DNA of 63,996 nucleotides, filler included, from an uncultured Acidimicrobiia bacterium (lineage in GTDB: Bacteria > Actinomycetota > Acidimicrobiia > Spongiisociales > JAOTWH01), in assembly GCA_964347285.1 (NCBI GenBank). It is 3 parts of 3 records of this genome, joined end to end, with 100 filler letters (N's around TTAATTAATTAA, not from the genome) between each part and the next. Parts side by side here need not be neighbours in the genome. Positions count along the whole stretch, not along the records: positions 31,284 to 61,268 come from CAYFYE010000017.1; 2 more parts are not named here. One strand, given 5' to 3'. Shown here piece after piece: positions 42,449-51,383 of this stretch. How positions within the stretch are numbered: position 1 is the first letter of the stretch; every line of letters begins with the position of its first letter. The position numbers were made by a program, and so were the translations under genes. A model generated the notes under the pieces. The model had not been told where the DNA came from. It did not search any database and worked only from the letters and a program-made list of their open reading frames with translations.

Positions 42449-43132
42449 CTAGGCGTCTCGGCCGGCGACGTCGGCCAGGATCCGGCGATCGAGGACCGTG
42501 ATGAGCCGGTAGCCGGTCTCGGCCGCGCCTTCGGAACGGAGCTCGGCGAGCGCCTCGTTCACCGACTGGCGCGTGGTTCCCAGCAAGGTGGCCAGGGCGC
42601 TTTGAGAGAGATGGATCTCGCCGTAACCATCGGCCTCGTCCAGCAGCATCTCGGCCACCTGCTCTTTGACGGTGCGGTGCATCAGCCGGAGCACCCGCCG
42701 CTGGGTCCGTTCCAGTTGGCTGAGACCGGCCACCAGCCAGCGGAGAGCGATGACCGGGTGCGCGAGCAACACCGGGAGCAGCTTGTCGCGATCGAGGCGA
42801 AGGGCCCTGACCCGATCGACGGCCCGGGCCGAGGAGATGTAAGGCTCACCGCGGAACATGGCGATGTCGCCGATGACCGCCCCCACCCCCACCCGTCCCA
42901 CAATGCGCCGATCGCTGCGCCCGCTGCGGGACAGCTCGACTGTGCCCTCCTCGATCACGTAGGCGGCCCGTGCCGCCTCGCCCTCCCGAAAGAGGTGGGT
43001 ACCGGGGTACTTCCCGATGGGCTCGCCGGCGCCCGAGAGCGCCTCGAGGTCGTCGGGACTCAAGGGCAGGTAGTCGGTGCGGCCGAACGACTTGGCCAAC
43101 CAGGCGTAGTGCTGGGCCTCACCCATGTCCAT
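42449..43132 (-). CDS. Crp/Fnr family transcriptional regulator
   Basis: LFREGE, GAVIGDIA, C-terminal HTH LSQSALATLLGTTRQSVNEAL; RBS before ATG 43132. Confidence 0.9.
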   Translation of the reverse strand: MDMGEAQHYAWLAKSFGRTDYLPLSPDDLEALSGAGEPIGKYPGTHLFREGEAARAAYVIEEGTVELSRSGRSDRRIVGRVGVGAVIGDIAMFRGEPYISSARAVDRVRALRLDRDKLLPVLLAHPVIALRWLVAGLSQLERTQRRVLRLMHRTVKEQVAEMLLDEADGYGEIHLSQSALATLLGTTRQSVNEALAELRSEGAAETGYRLITVLDRRILADVAGRDA

Positions 43133-43179
43133 GCCCCTTCCAACTCGGCGACTGGTTCCTACCGGCCGCAATGTCGGCC

Positions 43180-43471
43180 ATACGACACTGTACTCGGCCG
43201 GGGCCACCCGGCCGTGGCCGTCGAGGCGGGGCAGATCCCAGGCCTTGGTGGACGTATCGCCGGTGAGCGGCAGTCCCGAATCGGGCATGAACGCCAGGAA
43301 TGCCAGGGCGGCCGGGGACACGATTCCGACGGCAATCGTCGAGCTCTGGATCAGCTTGCGGCGCCGGACCGCCCGGCGGCGCGCCTCACGTCGACACGCT
43401 TCGCGGACTGCTGCTGCTTGCGGCTCACCGAGAGGAGTCAACCGCCGCCCTCGGCCGTCATTCCGGGCCAC
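43180..43471 (-). pseudogene. N-terminal remnant of a membrane-anchored TlpA/ResA-like redoxin, in frame with the Crp gene
   Basis: Arg-rich stretch, TM helix, then WDLPRLDGHGRV; ends before any CxxC. Confidence 0.5.
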
Positions 43472-43679
43472 TGGATGGGCGCGAGCAGAGCGGGTGGCCT
43501 CCCGCTGCCTGGTGGACTCCCCGAGCCGGGGAGTTCAGGGGGCTTCAAACCTCGGTCGAGGCCGACCCGCTCTTCAGTTGGCAACATCATGCTACCGCCG
43601 CGGCCCAGCGATAGGGCCTTTCGGCCGTAGATCGTTCGCGGCGAGCGTGCTATGGACTTCGAGCCATTAGCTTGCCCTC

Positions 43680-44669
43680 ATGGCCAAGGACGAGACGTTC
43701 GTCGAGGTCGACGGCCGGAAAGTGCGGATCTCCAGCCCGGGCAAGATCATGTTCCCCGAGCAGGACTGGACCAAGCTCGACGTGGCCGAGCACTACCTCA
43801 TGTGCCTGGAGGGGGCCCTGCGGGGCGTCTACGGGCGCCCCACCATGCTCAAGCGGTGGCCCAACGGGGTGGGGGCCGATCCCTTCTATCACAAGCGGGC
43901 CGACGTCAACGACCCCTTCGAAACCGTCCAGATCCGCTTTCCCTCCCAGCGGCCCGGACGCATGCGAGTACCCCGCACCGGTGTCGACGTGCTGCGCATG
44001 GTCCAGCTCAACTGCCTGGACCTCAATCCCTGGCCGGTCCGGGCCGAGGACATCGACCATCCCGACGAGATGCGCATCGACCTCGACCCCACCCCCGACG
44101 CCACGTTCGACGAGGCCCGCCAGGTGGCCGGCGTGGTCCGCGAGGTCCTCGCCGAGCACGGACTGGAGGGCTGGCCCAAGACGTCGGGCTCTCGGGGCAT
44201 CCACGTCTACTGCCGCATCGCCACAGAGTGGACGTTCCACCAGGTGCGTCGGGCGGTGCTGGCCCTGGCCCGGGAAGTCGAGCGCCGCCACCCGCGGGCC
44301 ACCGTCGCCTGGTGGAAGGAAGAGCGACACGGGGTGTTCATCGACTACAACCAGACGGCCCGGGACAAGACGATCGCCTCCGCCTATAGCGTGCGCCATA
44401 CCGGATTGGTGTCGGCACCGTTCCGCTGGGACGAGCTCGAATCGATCGAGCCGCACGATCTCGACCTGGCCCGCTTCCCAGATCGCTGGAGGCGGGTCGG
44501 CGACCTCTCGGCGGGCATCGACGACCATCCCGGCCGGCTCGATTCACTCCTCGAGCAGGTGGCCGTCGACGAGGAGAGCGGCCTAGGGGATGCCCCCTGG
44601 CCGCCCCACTATCCCAAGCAGCCCGGAGAACCGCCCCGGGTGGCTCCATCCCGCAAACGCAAGGAGTGA
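43680..44669 (+). CDS. LigD-type primase-polymerase domain protein (PrimPolC-like)
   Basis: KRWPNG, FYHK, PDEMRIDLDP, KTSGSRGIH, WWKEER, FIDYNQ, AYSVR. Confidence 0.92.
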   Translation: MAKDETFVEVDGRKVRISSPGKIMFPEQDWTKLDVAEHYLMCLEGALRGVYGRPTMLKRWPNGVGADPFYHKRADVNDPFETVQIRFPSQRPGRMRVPRTGVDVLRMVQLNCLDLNPWPVRAEDIDHPDEMRIDLDPTPDATFDEARQVAGVVREVLAEHGLEGWPKTSGSRGIHVYCRIATEWTFHQVRRAVLALAREVERRHPRATVAWWKEERHGVFIDYNQTARDKTIASAYSVRHTGLVSAPFRWDELESIEPHDLDLARFPDRWRRVGDLSAGIDDHPGRLDSLLEQVAVDEESGLGDAPWPPHYPKQPGEPPRVAPSRKRKE

Positions 44670-44672
44670 TTC

Positions 44673-45500
44673 TCAGCCCGAGTCGGAGGCCCCGAGCACT
44701 TCGGCCACGAACGCGGCGGTTTCGTCGAGCAGCCGGTTCCCCACCGTCAACTGATAGTCGTTGTGGCGGGCCCCTTCGATGGCGACGAGCCGCCTCATCC
44801 GGGGAGCGGCAGCGAACACCCGCTCGCTCAGCCGGAAGGGAACGATCTCGTCGTCGGGTCCGGCGATGACCAGGACCGGCACCCCGGCGGCCGCCACCGC
44901 GTCGAGGGTGGGAAAGGTGTCCTTGAGCAGCCACCCGACCGGCAGGAAGGGGTAGTGGGCCTTACCGACGTCGACGAGCGAAGTGAACGGAGAGCGGAGC
45001 ACCAGCGCCGCCGGGGGGCGGTCGACGGCGACGCTCGCCGCCACTGCCGAGCCGAGCGACTCTCCGAAGTAGACGGGAGGAGCCCCGCTGAGCCGGGCCA
45101 GCCCTTCGACGGCGGCCCGCCCGTCCTCGAGGAGCCCGGGCTCGGACGGGCTTCCCGGGTTCCCGCCGTAGCCGCGATAGTCGAAGAGCAACGTCGAGAT
45201 GCCTCGCTCGGCCAGGCCCCGGGCCAGAACCACCCGGTCGCTGCGATTGCCGGCGTTGCCGTTGAAGACCACCGCGGCCGCCATCTCCTGATCCAGCGCC
45301 GGCAGATACCAGCCGCCCAGCTCGAGGCCGTCCCCGGTCGTCAGCGTCACCTCGCTCCCCCCGGGAAGGGCCTGCTGCAGGGAAGGCAGGTCGCCGGAGG
45401 GAAAGTAGATGAGACGGCGCTGGAACGCCCAGCCGGCGCCCACCAGGAGCGCCACCACGGCAACGATCGTGCCCAACACGGTCAGGAGACGCCGCCGCAC
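44673..45500 (-). CDS. Alpha/beta hydrolase (ABHD13/17-like)
   Basis: QRRLIYFP, GNAGN, DYRGYG, GESLG, DEIVP, HND. Confidence 0.9.
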   Translation of the reverse strand: MRRRLLTVLGTIVAVVALLVGAGWAFQRRLIYFPSGDLPSLQQALPGGSEVTLTTGDGLELGGWYLPALDQEMAAAVVFNGNAGNRSDRVVLARGLAERGISTLLFDYRGYGGNPGSPSEPGLLEDGRAAVEGLARLSGAPPVYFGESLGSAVAASVAVDRPPAALVLRSPFTSLVDVGKAHYPFLPVGWLLKDTFPTLDAVAAAGVPVLVIAGPDDEIVPFRLSERVFAAAPRMRRLVAIEGARHNDYQLTVGNRLLDETAAFVAEVLGASDSG

Positions 45501-45524
45501 GACCCCACCCGCGATGGCCCGCCG

Positions 45525-46550
45525 TCATCGGCCATGGGCCACCACCTCCCCGAACCCGGGGCCCTCGGGGCGCTCCAGCTGGTCCATCGTGCACTGCTCG
45601 GCGTCCTTGTCGGGGCGCCATCTCTCCAGCCGGGTGGCATGGCGAAACCGCCCCTCGGCCAGCTGGTCGTAGCTGACCTGGACCACCACCCCGGGCTGCA
45701 CCGGCACCCACGACATGTCCTTGCCTCCCGACCACCGGCTCTCCATGCCGGGACGGCGGGCCTCGTCGCCGAAGCTCTCCCCGGTACGCAGCTGCTCGAA
45801 CTGTTGGAGCAGCTCCACCCGGTCGTGGTCGGAGAAGCCCGAGCAGTGGCCGATGAAATGCAGCTGCCCCCCGGCATCGTAGAGGCCGAGGAGCAGGGAC
45901 CCGATCTTGTCCCCGTTCTTGTGGACCCGGTATCCCCCGACCACGACGTCCACCGAGCGGCGGTGCTTGACCTTGATCATCTCCCTCTTCCCCTCCACGT
46001 AGGGGGCGTCGGTCTTCTTGGCGATGATGCCGTCACAGCCGGCCGCTTCGAACTCGGTGAACCAGCGGCGGGCCTCGTCGACGTCCTCGGTGGACGGGGA
46101 CTGGTGCCAGGGATGGTCGAGCCCGGCCATCAACGCGTCGAGGCGCTCCCGCCGCATCGTGAACGGCTCTTTGCGCAGGTCGGTGCCGCCGGCGGCGAGC
46201 AGGTCGAAGGCCACCAGCCGGGCCGGGACCTCCTCGGCCAACAGCGCAATGCGCGATTGGGCCGGATGGATCCGTAGCTGCAGCGAATCGAAGTCGGTGA
46301 CGTCGTCGACGACCACCACCACCTCGGCGTCCACCACCGTGCCCCCGGGGAGCCGGCCCAACGCCGGTTCCAGCTCCGGGAAGTAGCGGAGCAGCGGCCT
46401 CTGGTTGCGACTGTCGAGGCGGGGCTCATCGCTCCAGGCCACCGCTCGGAAGCCGTCCCACTTGGGCTCGTAGGCCCAGCCCGGCGATTCGGGCAGGAAT
46501 TCCCGAACCCTGGCCTCCATAGGCGTGATCGGCGGATCGAACGGCCACAT
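45525..46550 (-). CDS. ligC: ATP-dependent DNA ligase (LigC type)
   Basis: YEPKWDGFR, DAEVV, AFDLL, DGIIAK, MIKVK, RWRPDK. Confidence 0.92.
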   Translation of the reverse strand: MWPFDPPITPMEARVREFLPESPGWAYEPKWDGFRAVAWSDEPRLDSRNQRPLLRYFPELEPALGRLPGGTVVDAEVVVVVDDVTDFDSLQLRIHPAQSRIALLAEEVPARLVAFDLLAAGGTDLRKEPFTMRRERLDALMAGLDHPWHQSPSTEDVDEARRWFTEFEAAGCDGIIAKKTDAPYVEGKREMIKVKHRRSVDVVVGGYRVHKNGDKIGSLLLGLYDAGGQLHFIGHCSGFSDHDRVELLQQFEQLRTGESFGDEARRPGMESRWSGGKDMSWVPVQPGVVVQVSYDQLAEGRFRHATRLERWRPDKDAEQCTMDQLERPEGPGFGEVVAHGR

Positions 46551-46669
46551 CGCGGCGACTCTACCGGTCCGGCTCCCACCCACCGAGGCGGGGTGCCCTG
46601 GTGGCGGCGGTCAACCAGGCGGTGTGGGCCGCCGGCCGACGCTCGGGCCGGTCCGGGCCCCGACCCCGT

Positions 46670-49126
46670 TCACTCCTGATCCCCGCCCTCGGCCGGCGCC
46701 GCCTCCGGGGCCTCTTCTTCTTCTTCTTCTTCTTCGGGCGCGGCCAGCTCCGGCCGTCCGAACCGGGCCATCCGCTCGGCCATGTCCCGGAGCCGGTCGT
46801 CGATACGCCGGTAGACGGTGCCCTCGGGATAGGCGCCGTCGGGACCGCGCCGACCGGCTGGAACCCCGGTGAGCAGCTCGACGCCCTCTTCGGCGGTTCC
46901 GACGGTCCACACGTGGAACCGGCCGGCCGCCACCGCCTCGACCACCTCCTCGCGCAGCATCAGGTTCTCGGCGTTGGCTGCCGGAACCACCACCCCCTGC
47001 TCGCCGTCGAGGCCCTTCAGCTTGCAGACGTGATAGAAGCCCTCGACCTTCTCGTTGATGCCTCCCACCGCCTGCATGCGTCCTTGCTGGTCGACCGAAC
47101 CGGTGACCGCCATGCCCTGGCGGAGCGGCAGGTCGGAAAGGGCGGACAGCAGCGCTAGGAGCTCGGCCCCCGACGCCGAGTCGCCTTCGACCTCCGAGTA
47201 GCTCTGCTCGAAGACCAGGCGGGCGGTGAGGCTGAGCGGATAGTCGACGGCGAAGCGATCGGACAGATAGCCGGAGAGGATCATCACCCCCTTGGTGTGG
47301 ATGGGTCCCCCCAGCTTGGCCTCGCGCTCGATGTCGACCACTCCGGCCTGGCCCAGGGCCATCGAGGTGGTGATGCGGCTGGGCCGCCCGAAGGCGTAGT
47401 CGCCCAGGTCGAGGACCGACAGCCCGTTGATCTGACCGACGACGGCGCCCTCGGTGTCGATGAGCAGCACCCCCCGCTCGATCATCTCCCCGATCCGCTC
47501 CTCGATCAGATTGGACCGATAGATCCGGGATTCGACGGCCAAATCCACGTGCTTGGCGGCGATCCGGGGCGAGCCGGCCTTGCGGGCGAAGTGGCCCGCT
47601 TCCCGCACCACATCGGCCAGATCGGCGAACCGGGTCGTCAGCTTGGTCTGGTCTTCGGCCAGGCGCGAGCCGTGGGCCACCAGGCGGGACACCGCCTCCC
47701 GATCCATGTGGGGCAGGTTCTCCTTCTCACACACGGCCCGCACGAAGGCCACGTAATCGCCCACATCGTGGTCGGCCCGGTCCATCCGATCGTCGAAGTG
47801 GGCCTTGACCTTGAAGAGCTCCTTGAAGTCCTCGTCGAGCAGATAGAGGAGGTGGTAGAGCAGCGGGGTGCCGATCAGCACCACCTTGACGTTGAGCGGG
47901 ACCGGCTCCGGCCGCAACGTGCGGGTGGTGGTGAGGCCGAGCCGCTCGGCCGGCTCCTCGATGTCGATCTCACGATTGCGCAGCGCCCGCTTCAGGCCGT
48001 CGTAGGAGAGGTAGTTCAACAACAGCTCACGCACCGGCAGCACCAGGTAGCCGCCGTTGGCCTGGTGCATGGCCCCGGGTCGCACCAGCGTGAAGTCGGT
48101 GTACAAGGCCCCGAGGCGGGACTCCTTCTCCACCCTGCCGAACAGGTTGGTGTAGGTGGGGTTGAGCTCGATCACCACCGGGGCGCCTTTCTCGTCGCTG
48201 CGGTCGACCATCACGTTGACCTCGAAGTCGCGCAGCGGCAGCTGGGCCAGCCAGGGCGGCACCACCAACCCGCCCTCGGTGTCGGCCTGGAACACCTCCT
48301 TCTGGGCGGGCAGGGCTTCCCGTACCTCACCAAGGTAGGCGACCACACTGTCGAGCCCCTCGTATTTCTCGATCAGGTCGTCCACCAGCCCGCCCACCAG
48401 GAACAGCACCACCTCGCGGTCCAGCTCTTCGACCTTCTCCTCGGCCTTTCTCTCCAGATCGCGAATCTGCTTGAGCGTGTTCTGCACCTTTTCCTGTACC
48501 TCGCTCTGGCGTTCCTCCAGCTCGGCGCGGAACTCGGCGGAGAGGGAGCGGGCCAGCTCCTCGGTCAAGGGCCGTCCCTGGACGGTGGGGATGAGCGACA
48601 CCCCGAGAGGGGTGGTGTGGACGACGAACCCGGCGCTGCGAGCCTCCTCCTTGAGGTGGTCGAGCAGGGCCTGGCGCTGCTCCTCGAACTGACCGGTGAT
48701 CTCTTCCTTGCGGGCCGAGTACTCCTCGGTTTCGAACGCCTTGGGCACCTCGGCCCGGGCTCGATCCACCAGGCGCTCGATGTCGGCGGCCAGCGTCCGG
48801 CCCCGGCCGGCAGGCAGCTCGCACACCCGCGGGGTGGTGGAATCGGCGAAGTTGTTGACGTAGCACCAATCCGACGGCGTGGCCTTGCCGGCCGCCAGCT
48901 CCTCCAGGAACGACACCACCGCCGTGGTCCGGCCCGTTCCGGGTCGGCCGGCCACGTACACGTGAAAGGTGGGGTCGCCCATCTCCAGGCCGAACTGGAG
49001 GGCCTCCAGAGCCCGGGGCTGGCCGATGATTCCCTCCACGGGCGGGACGCTCTCCGTGGTTTCGAAATCCAGCTCGGCGGGGTCGAGTCGGATCCGGAGT
49101 TGCTCGGGAGCAAGCTCGGTGATCAT
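46670..49126 (-). CDS. Lon-like protease (LonB/LonC AAA type, S16 protease domain)
   Basis: IGQPRA, GRPGTGRTT, ANGGYL, FEQSY..VEGDSAS (Ser), VGGINEK (Lys). Confidence 0.9.
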   Translation of the reverse strand: MITELAPEQLRIRLDPAELDFETTESVPPVEGIIGQPRALEALQFGLEMGDPTFHVYVAGRPGTGRTTAVVSFLEELAAGKATPSDWCYVNNFADSTTPRVCELPAGRGRTLAADIERLVDRARAEVPKAFETEEYSARKEEITGQFEEQRQALLDHLKEEARSAGFVVHTTPLGVSLIPTVQGRPLTEELARSLSAEFRAELEERQSEVQEKVQNTLKQIRDLERKAEEKVEELDREVVLFLVGGLVDDLIEKYEGLDSVVAYLGEVREALPAQKEVFQADTEGGLVVPPWLAQLPLRDFEVNVMVDRSDEKGAPVVIELNPTYTNLFGRVEKESRLGALYTDFTLVRPGAMHQANGGYLVLPVRELLLNYLSYDGLKRALRNREIDIEEPAERLGLTTTRTLRPEPVPLNVKVVLIGTPLLYHLLYLLDEDFKELFKVKAHFDDRMDRADHDVGDYVAFVRAVCEKENLPHMDREAVSRLVAHGSRLAEDQTKLTTRFADLADVVREAGHFARKAGSPRIAAKHVDLAVESRIYRSNLIEERIGEMIERGVLLIDTEGAVVGQINGLSVLDLGDYAFGRPSRITTSMALGQAGVVDIEREAKLGGPIHTKGVMILSGYLSDRFAVDYPLSLTARLVFEQSYSEVEGDSASGAELLALLSALSDLPLRQGMAVTGSVDQQGRMQAVGGINEKVEGFYHVCKLKGLDGEQGVVVPAANAENLMLREEVVEAVAAGRFHVWTVGTAEEGVELLTGVPAGRRGPDGAYPEGTVYRRIDDRLRDMAERMARFGRPELAAPEEEEEEEEAPEAAPAEGGDQE
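46712..46735 (-). repeat. (GAA)7-GAG trinucleotide run encoding an 8-Glu tail
   Basis: (TTC)7 at 46715-46735 on the + strand. Confidence 0.9.
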
Positions 49127-49199
49127 CTCTCCCCTCTCGTCGCCCTACCGCCAATGTATGGCGGGAGCGACCCGGCCTCGTAGGGCCGTTGTCCCCTGT

Positions 49200-49880
49200 C
49201 TAGGAAGTACCTGCGGCGGTGCGCGCGGCGCGGGCGGCCTGCCGGGCCCGCCGCAGCGGCTCGGGAGTGCGGGTCCTCCGTACGGTGGCCAGGACCGACT
49301 CGACGGCCACCTCGGCGTCGGTGCGCCAGCCGGGGTGTACCACCAACGGCCGGACGCCGTTCCGGGTGCACACCCAGTAGCCGACCGGCTCACCCCCCGC
49401 CCGCAGCGGACTGGTCGCCCCTCGCCGGAGCTCGGGCCAGTCGCCGGAGCCGAGAAGGGGACGATGGGTCACGCCGACGGAGGGCACATCGAGGATCGCT
49501 CCCAGATGGAGGGCCAGGCCGGCCCGGCGAGGATGGTCGCGCCCGGTGGCATTCACCAAGAGGACATCGGGGGACTCGGGCAGCGCTCGTACCGCCGCCT
49601 CCAGCAGCGGTCCCTCCCGCAGCGCCAGTAGGCCGGCGGTATAGGTGGCTCCGGCGCGGCCTTCCACCGCCACCGACGCGATGGGGCGGCCCGCCCCCAC
49701 CAGCGCGGCCCCGCCCCATCCTCGATCGCCGGCCCTTCCCGGCCCGGGGACGCCCCGGCCGAAGCAGACGAAGCACCCTCCGGCCGACCAGCGCGGAGGC
49801 GCCGACCACGGCGCCGGCTCGGCCTGGGCCAGCCGCTGCTGCTCGACGACGAGCTCTCGAGGAGTGGCCGGCCACTCCAT
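49200..49880 (-). CDS. nfi: Endonuclease V family protein (divergent active site)
   Basis: YTAGLLALREGP, GRDHPRRAGLALHLG, PSVGV, PEPLR. Confidence 0.82.
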   Translation of the reverse strand: MEWPATPRELVVEQQRLAQAEPAPWSAPPRWSAGGCFVCFGRGVPGPGRAGDRGWGGAALVGAGRPIASVAVEGRAGATYTAGLLALREGPLLEAAVRALPESPDVLLVNATGRDHPRRAGLALHLGAILDVPSVGVTHRPLLGSGDWPELRRGATSPLRAGGEPVGYWVCTRNGVRPLVVHPGWRTDAEVAVESVLATVRRTRTPEPLRRARQAARAARTAAGTS

Positions 49881-49909
49881 GAGCCCAGCCTACGGGCAGC
49901 CGGAGGGGG

Positions 49910-50398
49910 TCAGTCGATGGCGTCCAGCGCGGCCCGCAGGCGGCTCCAGGTCTCGGTGATGTCCTCGGGGATGACCCGGGCATTGCCCACCGCGGTCATG
50001 AAGTTGGTGTCCCCGGCCCACCGGGGCACGACGTGGAAGTGGACGTGCCCGGGGACCCCGGCACCGGCGACCCGCCCCAGGTTGACCCCGATGTTGAACC
50101 CCTCGGGCGCCATTGCGGCCCGGCAGGCTTCCTGTCCCCGCACCAGCACATCCCACACCTCGGCCCGCTCCGCAGGGGTGAGATCGCCGAGCTCGGCGGC
50201 GTGGCGGTAGGGACCGACCATGAGGTGGCCGGTGGTGTACGGATAGAGGTTGAGCACGCTGTAGGCGGTCTCGCCCCGCTCCAGGATCAAGCCCTTGTCG
50301 TCGTCTTCGGCGGGAAGCCGGCAGAAAAGGCACGCGGTCTCGGCCTCGCCGATGCTGGAGACGTAGGAACTGCGCCAGCCGGCCCACAGGATGTCCAC
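49910..50398 (-). CDS. HIT family hydrolase (Ap4A phosphorylase-like)
   Basis: LWAGWR, CLFC, NLYPYTTGH, HVHFHVVPRW, GDTNF. Confidence 0.92.
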   Translation of the reverse strand: MDILWAGWRSSYVSSIGEAETACLFCRLPAEDDDKGLILERGETAYSVLNLYPYTTGHLMVGPYRHAAELGDLTPAERAEVWDVLVRGQEACRAAMAPEGFNIGVNLGRVAGAGVPGHVHFHVVPRWAGDTNFMTAVGNARVIPEDITETWSRLRAALDAID

Positions 50399-50667
50399 GC
50401 CCTGAGCCTAACCCGCAGGGACTTCCGGCCCTATCGCTCGAGGGACGGCCGCAAGAGCATGGAGAGGACGAGAGGACGAGACTCATGCGAGCCCGAGGAA
50501 TGGGGTTTCGGCGCAAGGGCGCCGACTACACCCACAAGCGCTCCGGCCGCCGCCAGCGCCAGTCGCACCGCAGCCAGGAACTCGAGGAGCGCTTTCGCCG
50601 CGTCCACGACCAGCACGAGCGAGAGCTGGAGCATCCCCGCAAGGGTTCCCGGACACGCTGAGAACGG

Positions 50668-51192
50668 CTAGGTACGTCGGCGTTCCAGCAGCTCGGCGAC
50701 TTCGGTCACCAGCGCGTCGCGATTGGCGGGAGTGAGGCGCATCAACGTGACGTCGGGACGGGTCTTGAGGGCGTCGGTGAAGGGATGGTTTGCGGCGTGA
50801 ACGGTGGCCAACACGCCGCCGGCACCATCCATCAGCCGCACCACGGCTTCGCGGAATGCCGGGGACGCCAGCTCCATCTTCCCCAGCTCGTCGACCACCA
50901 CCACCCCTCCCGGTGAGCGGTCGAGGGCGGGCAGGGCCACCCGCTCGAAGGCATCCAGATCGACGCCGTAGCGGCCCACCCGAACATCGCCGCGGAAATC
51001 AACCCGGGCCAGCCACTCCCGGGCCCCGTCAATGGCCTCGACCAGGAAGCCGACCCGGCGGCCTCGCTCACGCACCTCGGAGGTGGTGAAGCCAGACACC
51101 GTCACGCCAGCCTCAACCAGGCGCCCGATGACGCGCTGGACGAGCGTGGTCTTGCCCGAGCCGGGGCGGCCCTCGACGAGGACCTTGGCCAC
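50668..51192 (-). CDS. THEP1-type nucleoside triphosphatase
   Basis: GRPGSGKTT, GFTTSEVR, RVGRYGV, DELGKME; RBS GAGGAGG. Confidence 0.9.
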   Translation of the reverse strand: MAKVLVEGRPGSGKTTLVQRVIGRLVEAGVTVSGFTTSEVRERGRRVGFLVEAIDGAREWLARVDFRGDVRVGRYGVDLDAFERVALPALDRSPGGVVVVDELGKMELASPAFREAVVRLMDGAGGVLATVHAANHPFTDALKTRPDVTLMRLTPANRDALVTEVAELLERRRT

Positions 51193-51383
51193 GATCCACC
51201 TCCTCGGCAGGCCGGCGTTGTCACCCGGAGCGATGGGAGCCGGCGATGCTTGTGTTGCTGGTGTCGCCCCGGCATTCTGGCTGGGCGGCCCCAGAAAAGC
51301 GGCGGGAGCCGGGCCCCACCCTGCCACCGGAACTGGGCCGGATGCGATAATGCCTGTCTTGTTACTGGGAGACGAGGGGCAGC

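Noticed and set aside
50431..50634. 67-aa hydrophobic ORF between HIT and NTPase
   Set aside because: No recognisable motif or clear RBS; cannot be supported as a gene
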